Source of the DNA: Thecamonas trahens ATCC 50062
Lineage: Eukaryota > Protista > Apusomonadida
Length of the DNA stretch: 64,000 bases
Direction of reading: 5' to 3'
Assembly (NCBI RefSeq): GCF_000142905.1
Contig: NW_013657607.1
Span: 36,066 to 100,065, forward strand
Part shown: one piece after another, positions 10,187 through 20,556 of the stretch
Numbering within the stretch: the first letter of the stretch is position 1
Layout: every line of letters begins with the position of its first letter
The notes under the pieces: model-generated
The model's database searches: none
The model's input: the letters and a program-made list of their open reading frames with translations, nothing else
Told to the model about the DNA's origin: nothing
Program-made: the position numbers and the translations under genes

Positions 10187-13100
10187 ATGACCCCTCATGG
10201 CGGCCATGGCCTCTCCATGGTGTGTGTGGTTGCTGTACTGGTGATGGTCCTTGCCCTGTCACTCCCCACCAGCCGTGCCTGCGAACGAAGCGCTCCGGCG
10301 AGTAAGGCGACACGGAGCTGGAGCCACGCGAGCGGTAGCGGAGGGAGGGTAATGGAGGCAGCGGTGGCCGAGGCCGGTAAGTCACGTGACTTACTTGTGT
10401 TTGGTGCCACTGGCATCGAGTGGTTGGCATGGGCCGGCAACGGATCGTTTGCGCCGCCTGCCGCCATCGTCCCGCCATCGCCGCCGCCCGCCACGCCCAT
10501 TGTCGACGCAGAGACGCTCGATGTGGACGGCGACGGCGACGATGACGTCATCTACGCCACGCAGAGCCATGTCTTCCTCGTCATCAACTCGGCCGGCGGG
10601 AGCTCGTGGAGTGCTCCGAGTGTGGTATTTGTCCCGGTACTCCCCGCGACAGGAAATCTTGTCAAGTTGGCCGTGACAGATGTCGATCATGATGGACGTC
10701 ATGACCTTGTTATCGCCACCGCCCGTCACCTCTACCTCGCGTACAACAACGCGTCAACTGGCTCGTTCTCCCTCTCGCTCGTCGCTGACTCGGGCGACGG
10801 CATCATCGCTCTCGACGTCGTCGATTGGGACAGAGTCGGCGCGCCGGACGCCGTTTTTGCCACAAGCGACCTCGTTGCGGTCGTCACAGACCTCGCTCCC
10901 GGCCGCAGCGCCCGCTCGCTGGCAAACGCCACGGTCGTCGCACCGCCCAATGTCATTAGTAGTGTCATCAACGCCATGGTCGTCGCCGACTTTACCGGTG
11001 ACGGCATGCTCGACGTCGCCGTCTGTGGCAACACCCCAACTGCCGGATACATCGTCGTCTTCGCCGCCGCCGCCCCCTCGCCGCAACTATTCAACACGCT
11101 CACGCCTCTCGGCACGGACGTTGCCTTTGTGGCCGCCCACGCCTCGTCGGCCACCTACCTCGACCTGGTCCTCCTCGACGTGCAAGCCAGCACCGTCAAG
11201 GTCCTCCGCGGCAAGCCGCCTGTCGACGGCGCGCCGGCCTTTGAACTCGCCCCGCCCATCGTCTCTGTCGCGTCGTCATCGCCGTCGTCGGTGCTGGTGG
11301 CCGATGTTGACGACGATGGCGTGGCCGACGTCATCGTGACCACAGCCTCTACCGTCGAGTATACCTCGGGCATTGCCCTCCGCGGCTCGTGGAGCACCGG
11401 TGTCACCGTCGTCGCCTCCCCCGCTGGCACCTTTCCGCCCAAGGGCCTCACTCCGGCCAACTACGACAATGACGGGCATCCCGACCTGACCGCCATCGCC
11501 GCCCCGGGCGTCTTTGCCGTCTACCGCTCGTACTTTGTCAGCGGCCAGCTCCTCTTCCACCCGGCGGACGCCGTGTTTACTCCCGGAAGCTCGATGGGGC
11601 CCACGGTCTTTGCCACCGCCGACATCAACGCCGACGGCCGGTCCGACTTTTTTGTGCCGAGCAACAATGAGGGCGCAGTCCGGGCTGTCACCTCGCTGGT
11701 CTCCATCCCGGGCACGAACTTGATCTCCGCCTCGTACGCCCTGCCGCTTGTCGACGTCAACGGCATCTCGGTTGTTGTCGGCGACTTTAGCGGCGACGGC
11801 ATCACCGACATGGTCACCACCATGACGGGCCCCCCGAGTCCCGCGCCCCGCGACCATCTCGCCGTGGCCCATGGCGTGTCGGGCGACTCCTTTGTCCTCA
11901 CCTCGACCATCGACGTCGCGGCGCTGCATCCAATCGCCGCCGTCTTTGCCGACGACGTCACCGCCGACGGCATCACCGACCTCGTCGTCCTCAACAGCGG
12001 CTCCTATTTCATCCACCTCATCGAAGGCCTCGGCAACGCCACCTTCCGCAGCGTCCTCAAGCCCATGGTCATCGGTACCGCCGTCATCAGCAACGTTGTC
12101 GTTGTCGACGTCGACAACGACGGCGCCGCCGACGTCGTCTACTCCACCGACCGGCTCCACATCTGCTTCTCCCGCAACGGCGGCGCGTACTTTGACATTA
12201 CGCCCGTCGAGGCAACGACCGGGGTCGCCGCCGCCGTCGTGGCAGACATCTCCGGCAACGGCCTCGTCGACCTCGTCGCCGCTCTCGCCACCGAGGTCAT
12301 CACAGCGTACCAGCTCGCGCCGGGCGTCTTCCTCCCGTCCGTCACCGTCAGCTATGCCTCGACCCACTCCCCGGTCAGCGCCACTCTGCTCGACGTCAGC
12401 GGCGACGGGGCGGCCGACCTGGTGTTCAGCAACACGGGCAATGCCATCCACGCGCTGGCGTGGCAACCCGGCGGCCTGGCGCCGGCCGCCGGCGTCACAC
12501 TTGTCGCCGACTGCCTCTCCTTTACCATCACCGAGTGCTTCATCACGCCACTGACGCGCGTCTCACGCTGCACGCCGACGACCATCCTCCTCCCGCCGGG
12601 CAAGTACACCGGCTGCCCGTCGACCCACATCAGCGTGGAGGCCACGACGGTGACCTACGCACCGGCAGGTACGCCCGGCTCGGTCACCATCGACTGCTCG
12701 GCCCACCCCGGCCCGCTCTTTGCCGTCTCGGGCGGCGGCTCGCTCACGCTCCGTGGCCTGGTCGTCCGCGGCCTGGCCTCGCCGCCCGGCGCAGGCGTCG
12801 ACGTGTCCGTCCCCGGCGCACCGCTGCTCGCCAGCGGGAGCGCAAGCGAGCTCGTCCTCGTGGACACCTCCATCGAGGAGACGTACTCGAACACCACCGG
12901 TGGCGCAGTGGCCGTCCTGGCCGGCGCCGCCGCCACCATCACCGGCTCCAATATCACCTTGGCGTCGGCAAGAGGCTTTGGCGGCGCGGTGTATGTGGCC
13001 AGCGGAGCGGAAGCGACCATCACCGCCTCCCGCTTTGTCGCCTGCTCATCGGGAAGCGACGGCGGGGCGGTCGCCGTCTCGGGCACCCTCACCATGACCG

Positions 13101-15928
13101 ACTCGGCCATCTTCGGCTCGTCGGCAGACAATACTGGCGGCGGCATCGGCGTGCCGGTCGAACTCGCATCCATCGGCGCCGTCGTGGCTGTCAACGGCAG
13201 CACCATCGCCAACTGCACGGCCGCCAGCGGCGGCGGCATCGGAGCCATCCTCACCGCTATCACCGTCACCGACTCGACCATCACCGGGTGCTCGGCTGAG
13301 GTGGCAGGCGGGGCCATCTTCCAGCGGCTCTCCGGCAACGAGTTGCCACTGGTCATCACTGGCTCGACGCTCAGCCGCAGCAGCGCCGGGTACAGCGGCG
13401 GGTGCGTGATGTCGATGACGACCACGGTCGTGACCGACTCCGTCTTTGACCGGTGCGTGACCGACGGGAGCGGCGGTGCCATGATGCTCAAGCCTGTGTC
13501 AGACGACGCCGTCGTCGACTCGGTCCTGGCCGGCGTGACCGTGACGGCGGCGTCGGCCGGTGGCGCAGGCGGCGCCATCTTTATCAGCGGGCAGGCATTC
13601 GCAAGCGACGCCGGGCCAGCCGTTGCCGCCATGGCCGCCGGGGTGTGGCGTCCGACGGCGCTGCCGCTGCCGCCGCCGTTGCTGAGCACGGTCCGCATCC
13701 GCGATGGGCTGGTCATCGACGGCGCCGAGTCGGCCACCATCGGCGGCGGCTTCTTTGTCTGCCAGCTTGACCTCATCGACGAGAGCACGACGGCGCCGCC
13801 GGTGGTGACAGGCACGTCGGCGGTGCTGGCCGGCGGCGTCGGGTTCTTCTGCGACGGCAACGCGCTGCCGTCGGCCGTCGCCGGCGGTGGCGTGCTGGCA
13901 AGCGCCCTGGGCACGCTCACCGGCACGCCGTCAGCAGAGGCGCAGCCGTACGGCTCTGGATGGGCCTCACCGCCGGTGGGCATGGCGTGGGCCGATGTCC
14001 CGCCGGCGGCGGTCGGCTCGGCCGTTCCGCTCGGCCGCGGCGTGGCCGTCCTCGTCGACGCCTTTGGCACGCCGTGCGTCGACTCGCGGGTCGAGCTCGA
14101 GCTCGCCCTCGTCGACGACACTGGCCTGCTCCTCCGCAACGACGCGGTGGTGGCGGCGAGCACGGCCGGGTACGACATGTCGGCGGTGGGGGTGGCGCTC
14201 GACGGCGGGGCGCCGTTTGCAGGGCGGACGGCGGCGGTCGTCCTCATCGGCCACCTCCCGCCGCTGCCCATCCGCCCGCTGCTCCACGCTCCGCCTGCGG
14301 TCGACCTCGCCGTCGGCCTCTGCCCGCCCGGCTTTGGCTCGGCGTCGGCAGCGTCGGCGGTGCTGGTGTGCGAGCCGTGCCGGCCGGGCGAGACCAAGCC
14401 CGGGACGTCGACCGAGGCCTGCGCCCTCGTCCCGGCCTGCCCGGACCACATGCTGCTGGCCGGCGGCTCGAACGGGTCATGCGTGTGCGAGGCTGGCTTC
14501 TGGGCGCCACCGGGCAAGCCGGCTGCTGCCGGCTGCAGCCCGTGCCCGCCCGGCGGCCGCTGCGCCTCGGGCCTGGCCGCCCCGCTCCCGGCCGCCGGCT
14601 TCTACCCGCACCCGTCCGCCGTCCACGTCTTTCTCCGCTGCCGCCGCCCGCGCGCCTGCCCCGGCGGCTCGGCCACCGTCCCGTGCGCGCCCACCGCCTC
14701 GGGCTTTCTCTGCAACACCTGCGCGCCCGCCCACTACACCGCGCCCGACGGCGAGTGCGCCCGCTGCCCGCCGTGGGCGCCAGCTCTCCCACTGATCGTG
14801 GTCGTTGCGCTGCTGGCCGCCGCCGCTGCGACAGGCGCCGTGGTCGCCAGGCGCGAGGTCCCGGCCACGGCGGTCGGCGCCGTAGTGGTCGGCGTGCAAG
14901 CGGTGGCGCTGTTGGCGCGGGCGCGGCTAGCGTGGCCGACGGGCGCGCAGACGATGCTGACGGCGCTGGCGGCGGCGGGCAACAGCGACCTGATTGGCCT
15001 TGCCTGGCAGTGCGTGGTTGGCGGCGCCTCGCCGGGCTACCTTGTCTCGCTGATGGCGGTCCCGCTGGTGGTAGCGAGCGGGGCTGTGGCGGGCGGCGCA
15101 GCAGCCGGGTACGCTGCTGGCACTGGCGCAGCCGCTGGCGGGCGCCGAGTGGCTGGCGCCGTCGCGCCTGCCCTCCTCATCCCACTCCTCCGCCAGGCGG
15201 CCGCCGTCTTTGTCTGTCTCCCACTCGCCGACGGCAGCCACGTGGTGGCGGACGAGCCCGGCGTGGCGTGCTTCACCGCCGGCTGGACCGCCGCCGCCGT
15301 CTTTGCCGCCATCGTCACCGCTCCCGCCCTTGCCTACGTCGTCGTCGCCGGTCGGCTGGCAGCCGCGGTGGCGGCTTGCGGAAGCGGGCAGGCAAGCGAG
15401 CTGGCACGCCGGCAGGCGGCGGCGTTCCGGCGGGCGTATGTGGTGCGGGCGGTGGTGGGCGGGCTGACGGCACGGATGGTCCTCGCGATCGGCGTCGCCG
15501 CCCTCGCCGTCCACCCGCTGGCCATGCTCAGCGTGGTGGGCGGAGTGGTCTTTGCCGGCGGGCTCTGTCTCGCCGCAGTGCGCCCGCTCTACGTTCCGCG
15601 GCACAACGCAATAGCGCTTCGGGTGGCGCTCGTTGTGCTTGTGGCGGTTCTGCTGGGAGCAGCGGCGTACGCCGAGCGGGCGTCAAAGGCGTCGGACGGC
15701 GTGCTCACGGTCGCCGTCGCCGTGCTTGTGGCTGGCCTCGTCAGCCTTGCTGGCCACGGGCTGTACCTCGACTTTGTCCGCACCGCGCCACCGCCGGCGA
15801 CAGAGCGGCAGAAGACGCTCATCGCCCTTGTCTCCACCGAGCTCAAGGACGTCGAGGCCGACGCCGATCTGCTCCGCGCCGCCGGCGCCTTTCTCGCTGC
15901 CTTTGACGACAAGGGCAGCCGGACGTAG
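10187..15928 (+). CDS. Secreted/multi-pass membrane protein: signal peptide, FG-GAP/VCBS repeats, GGA[IV] beta-helix (Pmp-like) repeats, Cys-rich repeats, about 7 TM segments
   Basis: Hydrophobic leader MVCVVAVLVMVLALSLP. Many DxDGDGxxD motifs (DVDGDGDDD, DFTGDGMLD, DINADGRSD). Repeated GGAV/GGGI/GGAI. CxxC-rich stretch (CEPCRPGETK, CVCEAGFW, CNTCAPAHY). C-terminal hydrophobic helices. The ORF-track start at 9917 lies in the microsatellite, so ATG 10187 is preferred. Confidence 0.85.
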   Translation: MTPHGGHGLSMVCVVAVLVMVLALSLPTSRACERSAPASKATRSWSHASGSGGRVMEAAVAEAGKSRDLLVFGATGIEWLAWAGNGSFAPPAAIVPPSPPPATPIVDAETLDVDGDGDDDVIYATQSHVFLVINSAGGSSWSAPSVVFVPVLPATGNLVKLAVTDVDHDGRHDLVIATARHLYLAYNNASTGSFSLSLVADSGDGIIALDVVDWDRVGAPDAVFATSDLVAVVTDLAPGRSARSLANATVVAPPNVISSVINAMVVADFTGDGMLDVAVCGNTPTAGYIVVFAAAAPSPQLFNTLTPLGTDVAFVAAHASSATYLDLVLLDVQASTVKVLRGKPPVDGAPAFELAPPIVSVASSSPSSVLVADVDDDGVADVIVTTASTVEYTSGIALRGSWSTGVTVVASPAGTFPPKGLTPANYDNDGHPDLTAIAAPGVFAVYRSYFVSGQLLFHPADAVFTPGSSMGPTVFATADINADGRSDFFVPSNNEGAVRAVTSLVSIPGTNLISASYALPLVDVNGISVVVGDFSGDGITDMVTTMTGPPSPAPRDHLAVAHGVSGDSFVLTSTIDVAALHPIAAVFADDVTADGITDLVVLNSGSYFIHLIEGLGNATFRSVLKPMVIGTAVISNVVVVDVDNDGAADVVYSTDRLHICFSRNGGAYFDITPVEATTGVAAAVVADISGNGLVDLVAALATEVITAYQLAPGVFLPSVTVSYASTHSPVSATLLDVSGDGAADLVFSNTGNAIHALAWQPGGLAPAAGVTLVADCLSFTITECFITPLTRVSRCTPTTILLPPGKYTGCPSTHISVEATTVTYAPAGTPGSVTIDCSAHPGPLFAVSGGGSLTLRGLVVRGLASPPGAGVDVSVPGAPLLASGSASELVLVDTSIEETYSNTTGGAVAVLAGAAATITGSNITLASARGFGGAVYVASGAEATITASRFVACSSGSDGGAVAVSGTLTMTDSAIFGSSADNTGGGIGVPVELASIGAVVAVNGSTIANCTAASGGGIGAILTAITVTDSTITGCSAEVAGGAIFQRLSGNELPLVITGSTLSRSSAGYSGGCVMSMTTTVVTDSVFDRCVTDGSGGAMMLKPVSDDAVVDSVLAGVTVTAASAGGAGGAIFISGQAFASDAGPAVAAMAAGVWRPTALPLPPPLLSTVRIRDGLVIDGAESATIGGGFFVCQLDLIDESTTAPPVVTGTSAVLAGGVGFFCDGNALPSAVAGGGVLASALGTLTGTPSAEAQPYGSGWASPPVGMAWADVPPAAVGSAVPLGRGVAVLVDAFGTPCVDSRVELELALVDDTGLLLRNDAVVAASTAGYDMSAVGVALDGGAPFAGRTAAVVLIGHLPPLPIRPLLHAPPAVDLAVGLCPPGFGSASAASAVLVCEPCRPGETKPGTSTEACALVPACPDHMLLAGGSNGSCVCEAGFWAPPGKPAAAGCSPCPPGGRCASGLAAPLPAAGFYPHPSAVHVFLRCRRPRACPGGSATVPCAPTASGFLCNTCAPAHYTAPDGECARCPPWAPALPLIVVVALLAAAAATGAVVARREVPATAVGAVVVGVQAVALLARARLAWPTGAQTMLTALAAAGNSDLIGLAWQCVVGGASPGYLVSLMAVPLVVASGAVAGGAAAGYAAGTGAAAGGRRVAGAVAPALLIPLLRQAAAVFVCLPLADGSHVVADEPGVACFTAGWTAAAVFAAIVTAPALAYVVVAGRLAAAVAACGSGQASELARRQAAAFRRAYVVRAVVGGLTARMVLAIGVAALAVHPLAMLSVVGGVVFAGGLCLAAVRPLYVPRHNAIALRVALVVLVAVLLGAAAYAERASKASDGVLTVAVAVLVAGLVSLAGHGLYLDFVRTAPPPATERQKTLIALVSTELKDVEADADLLRAAGAFLAAFDDKGSRT

Positions 15929-15987
15929 CAAGCCTACCGCCCTACGTTGGCTAGTAGTTTATTGGGTAAACGGGGACGAGGCGGGCG

Positions 15988-18900
15988 CTAGATGGCAACC
16001 TGCGACGACGGCGACGACGATGCCGAGGAGGAGGAAGAGGACGACGACGTCGACGATGACAATGAGGAGGAGGAGGTGGAGGAGGAGGTTGAGGTCGAGG
16101 TCGAGGTCGAGGCCGAGCCGGCTTGGGGATGCGGCGGCACGGCGGCGCGGTTGGGCGTGTGCGGGGCAGCGCTGGGATCGGTGCCGACGACCATCGAGGT
16201 GCCGAGCAGGTCGGGCGGTATGTGCGGGACCGACGACTGAAGATCGAAGATGAAGGCGTTGTCGTCCTGGACTCTCAGGCTGGGCTCGGTGTCGTAGATG
16301 GTGGTGGGACTGGAGTACGGCACCGTGAGGGAGGAAGTACACGAGGCGAGCGCGTCATCAGGGGCGTGCTCGCAGGCGGGCGACGAGAGGACAATGTTGG
16401 AGAACTGGGTGGTGGTGTTGTTGCCAGACTCGAGGCCATTGCTATCGCCGTCGCCACCGCCATCGCCGTTGCCACAACTCGTTGATGTGGCACGGGGACG
16501 TGGGCCTACCACCGGCGGTCGGTCAACTACAGCGAGATCGTCGACGGAGGACATGGAGGCCGAGTTTGAGCCGGCTGCGATCTCCACGGCGATTGTAGGA
16601 GCAGTCGTAAGCGGCGAGTCGAGAGATGAGGTAGGATGGCCGGCCACAGTGAGGGACGGCTGGGAAGGCGGCGACAGTGCGGCGGGTGCGGCTGCTGCTG
16701 ATGGCACAGACTCGGGCTCAAGCTCAGGCGCAGACTCTGGTGCAGACACAGGTACAGACTCTGGTGCAGACACAGGCACAGACTCTGGTGCAGACACAGG
16801 CAAAGACGCTGACTCCGGCTCTGGCTCTGGCTCTGGCGCAGGCTCTGGTGCAGGCACAGGTGAAGACGCTGGCTCCGGATCTGGAGCAGGCACAAGGCGC
16901 AAGATGCGCGGGCGGCCGCGCGGAGTGAAGCCCGAAGCGTGAAGATGGATAGACTGTTCGGCGGCGGGCGGGCGGCGCGGGGATGCGCGGTGGGCTAGAG
17001 AGGCGGCCGACGAGTTGCGCGTGCCGGCGGTGGTCGAGTCAAGCGAGCCCTTGCGGGTGAGCGACGAGTTGGCTGAGTCGTAGTTTGAGGCCGAGGCGGC
17101 GACTCGTGGGGTGACAACCCACGAGATGACGCCCGACGAGGCGCCCGATGAGGTTGAAGGAAGCGCGGCGATCTGGGCGATGGCCGAGCGGATTCCGTTG
17201 TAGCCATGCGGGATGCGCGAGGCGGAGATGGCACGAGTCGGGAGATCGGTGGGACCGGCAGCGGGCCGACCGACGATACGGGCGGCGCCGTCAACGGGCT
17301 GCGTGCCAGAGGCTGGGCCAGGCCCGGGGCCGTCGACCTCGTTCATCTCCTCGTCCGAGTGGTAGTGGACGAGCGAGCGGTTAAAGTCGCCGCAGGCGTG
17401 CTTCTTCTTGTGATGGCCAATTGCAGTGGCGGGTTGCGCGTCTGTGCCGGCCTCGGTTGTCGCGCCCTCGTCGGTGATGTCTGTGGCGGAGATCCAGGTC
17501 GACGTCATGCGGGCGGCGATGGTGGCCCAGCGAAGGGCGGTGACCGAGGACTTGGCGACGACCACAAACATCTCGACGGTGTGCTTCTTGTCGATGGGGT
17601 CGAGGATGCGCCCGACTGGGTGGGCGGTGAGGTGGTCCGGGAGATCAAAGGGGAGGACGGAGCGGAGGGTGGCGGAGATGATGACGTGTCCGCCGCGCGA
17701 GCGGTGGGCGATGGCATGTGCGCGGGTCATGCATGCGCCTGTGTAGACTGGCTGCTTCGAGCCGGCGCGAGAGTGACCTCGGGCTCGCCATGGTGCACGC
17801 TCATGCGGATGCGCAGGCCGCGCCAGATCGGGCGGAGGCGGCCAAACTGCTCGCTGGTGTCGCGGCCCATGACGGTGGCGCACTCGGGGGCGGCGAGAAG
17901 GCTCTTGGGCCATACAACGCTAAGTAGCATGTCTTGGACGATGATGCCGGCACGGATGGCGTGAAGGCCAGCATTGCCGGGAAAGACAAAGACAAAAGCG
18001 TCGTCAAAGACCGAGATCGACTCCAGGCCGCCGTGCTGGGCCATGGTGGCGCGTACGCAGGCCTGGTAGAGCTTGACCGCTTCGCCGGTTGCCTCCGGGT
18101 AGAGAGCTCGCAGCCGCCGCAGGCGCGCCACCTCGATGACCATGACCACTACAGCCTTGTCCGACGTCGCGGCGGATCCGTTCTCGCCATCGCCCAGAAT
18201 GGTCGGAATCTTGGGAGACGGCGGCGTGGCGGCGGCAAGTGGCGCGCTTTCGGCATCCAACTCGCCGCTGGGAGCCACGGCAGCGTTGCGTCGACGGCGG
18301 TGCGCGACGGCGGTCTTGGCGCGGCGGCGGCGGCGGCGGCAAGCGTACCAGGCAAGCCCAAGTCCAGCGATGCAAGCGGCAGCGATCAGCGGGATGGCGA
18401 TATAGAGAGCCATGTGGGAGGAGGAGGCCCAACTAGACTCCGAGCCTGTGGGCGTGGGAGCGTCGATGGTGCAGTCCGCTGTGGGCGGATCGTACGAGCC
18501 TGATGAGGTACAGAGGACGACAACCTCGCGCGCGCCATTGGACATTGTGGCGCCGTCGGAGCATCGGACGACAAGTCCTTCTCCGACGGGAGCCACTGCT
18601 GTCTCTGTGGCGGGATGCGGCTCGATGGTAGCGTGTGTGGCGCTAAAGGTACCGCAGGTGACGTAGTACACGATTCGGAGGACCGGCAGGGGGTCTGCGG
18701 CCAGCCAAATCCGACGAGCGCCGTCGTCAGTTTGCGGTGAAGGGGTGTTGTCCGCCATCGGACGCGGCAGCGGGGCGGCGGTGTCGGTGGCATCGGCCCA
18801 GGCGATGATCAGGTGGCTGGTGGCAGAGCCGCCGTCGTCTGACTCCCAAGCAGCAGAGAGGACCGATGACAAAGCCTGGCCGGTGACGAGGAGTGGGGCA

Positions 18901-19409
18901 CCCGGTAGGTTGGGTGTCAGCACAGCATCAGCCACCGAGCCGTCCACGATAGCCGCGAGGGCGCGCGGAGTAGTCCAATAGGGGGCGGAGAATGGACCGG
19001 CGCGGGCGGTTCCCGGAGCGGCAACTGCGGCGAGGCGAAGGATCGACGGAGCACCAGCGCCAGCGGACCTGTTGGCAGCGGCGAAGCTGAGCGAGGAGAG
19101 CGGCGAGATCCACGCATTATGCGGAAGCGGCGGAGTAAAGACGAAGGAGACTCCGCAGATGGAGCCGCCGCCAAGGGCAAATCCTGCTGTGGGCCCTGGG
19201 CGGACGATGCCATCGGTTGGCATGCATGCTGTGTATGCCGGGCCTGGGACGGCTGCGGCTGCGGTGTGGATCTGGTAGGCGTGGGCGATGGGAAGAGCGA
19301 GGATGATGGCGAGGAGGGCGGCGAGGAGAGTGTGGCGGTAGTCGAACCTACTGTTGTGGCGGCCATATCCGTTCCTGTTCCCACCAGCCGTACCTCGTCC
19401 GGGCCGCAT
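15988..19409 (-). CDS. Receptor-type class III nucleotidyl cyclase-like protein (sushi-like ectodomain, TM, degenerate cyclase); frameshift at about 17770
   Basis: Signal peptide, Cys-bounded sushi-like module and a TM helix (LYIAIPLIAAACIAGLGLAWY). Cyclase motifs HGGLESISVFDDAFVFVF and WRGLRIRMSVHHGEP in frame 17727-19409 continue as RAGSKQPVYTGACMTRAHAIA...GGHVIIS in frame 15988-17913. Confidence 0.8.
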
Positions 19410-19485
19410 TGGGTCGGGCGCCTGGTGTGGCTGGTCTCCCTGCCGTCACGCACCCCACTCGTTCGACCTGGTCGGCCCGTCTGGC

Positions 19486-19700
19486 CCGTCCGATGCGTCC
19501 GATGCGTCCCATCCGTCCGATGCGTCCCATCCGTCCGATGCGTCCCATCCGTCCGATGCGTCCCATCCGTCCGATGCGTCCCATCCGTCCGATGCGTCCC
19601 ATCCGTCCGATGCGTCCCATCCGTCCGATGCGTCCCATCCGTCCGATGCGTCCCATCCGTCCGATGCGTCCCATCCGTCCGATGCGTCCCATCCGTCCGA
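19486..19700. repeat. 18-bp minisatellite (ccgatgcgtcccatccgt), about 11 copies
   Basis: Near-perfect tandem array between the two cyclase-like genes. Confidence 0.95.
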
Positions 19701-20209
19701 CTCGGCCTATCCACCCCGTCCACCCCGTCCACCCCCCCGTCCACCCCGTCCGTCCACATCGCCCGATGCCACGCCTGCGACAGCCGCGACCGCTGCGTCC
19801 CCTCCGCCTTGCACGTCCGATGCGGCCAGTGCGCCCACGGCCTCCGTCCCGCCCCATCTGCCCGTCCGACCCGCCGCCGCCGACTGCCAACACGGCGAGA
19901 CGCCGCCAGGTCGCCTTCCTGCTCACCGGCTCGGTCCCGCAGGCGGTGGCCACGCCGGCCGGCGGGCGTACAGGCAGTCTGCATTACCGGCACGGGTGCC
20001 ATGGCCAGCACCGGTACGGCTGCCATGGCCATGTGTGGGCGTGGGTGGGAGTGGGGGTGGGCATGGGGGTGGGGGTGGGCATGGGCATGGGCATGGGCAT
20101 GGGTCATGGGCTTCTTCCCCATGGTCGAGTGCTCCCCCCCCTCCCCCCACTTCGCCATCGCTGCTGTTTGTCCCGCAGTTGCTCGGCCTGTCATCGTCGT
20201 TCGTCGTGC

Positions 20210-20320
20210 GGGCAGCAGCATCATCATCATCATTATTATCATCATCATCATCGTCATCATCATCATCAGCAGCAGCATCATCATCAGCATCATCATCATC
20301 AGCAGCAGCAGCAGCAGCAA
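20210..20320. repeat. Compound (CAT)n/(CAG)n microsatellite
   Basis: Directly visible. Confidence 0.85.
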
Positions 20321-20556
20321 CAGTGGCTACTGCGACATCAACGAAAGTGTATGTCGATGTCTCCGATAGGTGTAGTCGCGATGGGTGCCTCTCGAGCCCT
20401 GCGGCAGACCACAGCAACAGCCACAGCAGGTTTGTCACAGGCGAGTGTTTTCGGTGGCGCCGACGCGACAGGCACGCGTTGGCTCCTCAAAGACGCGCAT
20501 GGCCAAGCTATCACAGCTATCACGAGTAAAGCACAGCCTGCAACGCCATCAGCTAG

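Noticed and set aside
9573-10478. Poly-Met, poly-His and poly-Ile ORFs, and the poly-Ser/His N-terminus of the 2003-aa ORF
   Set aside because: These are translations of the (CAT)n microsatellite.
19486-19700. CRISPR array, or real proteins from the overlapping repeat ORFs (PMRPIR, SDASHP, RTDGTH)
   Set aside because: A plain 18-bp tandem repeat, open in several frames only because it lacks stop codons.
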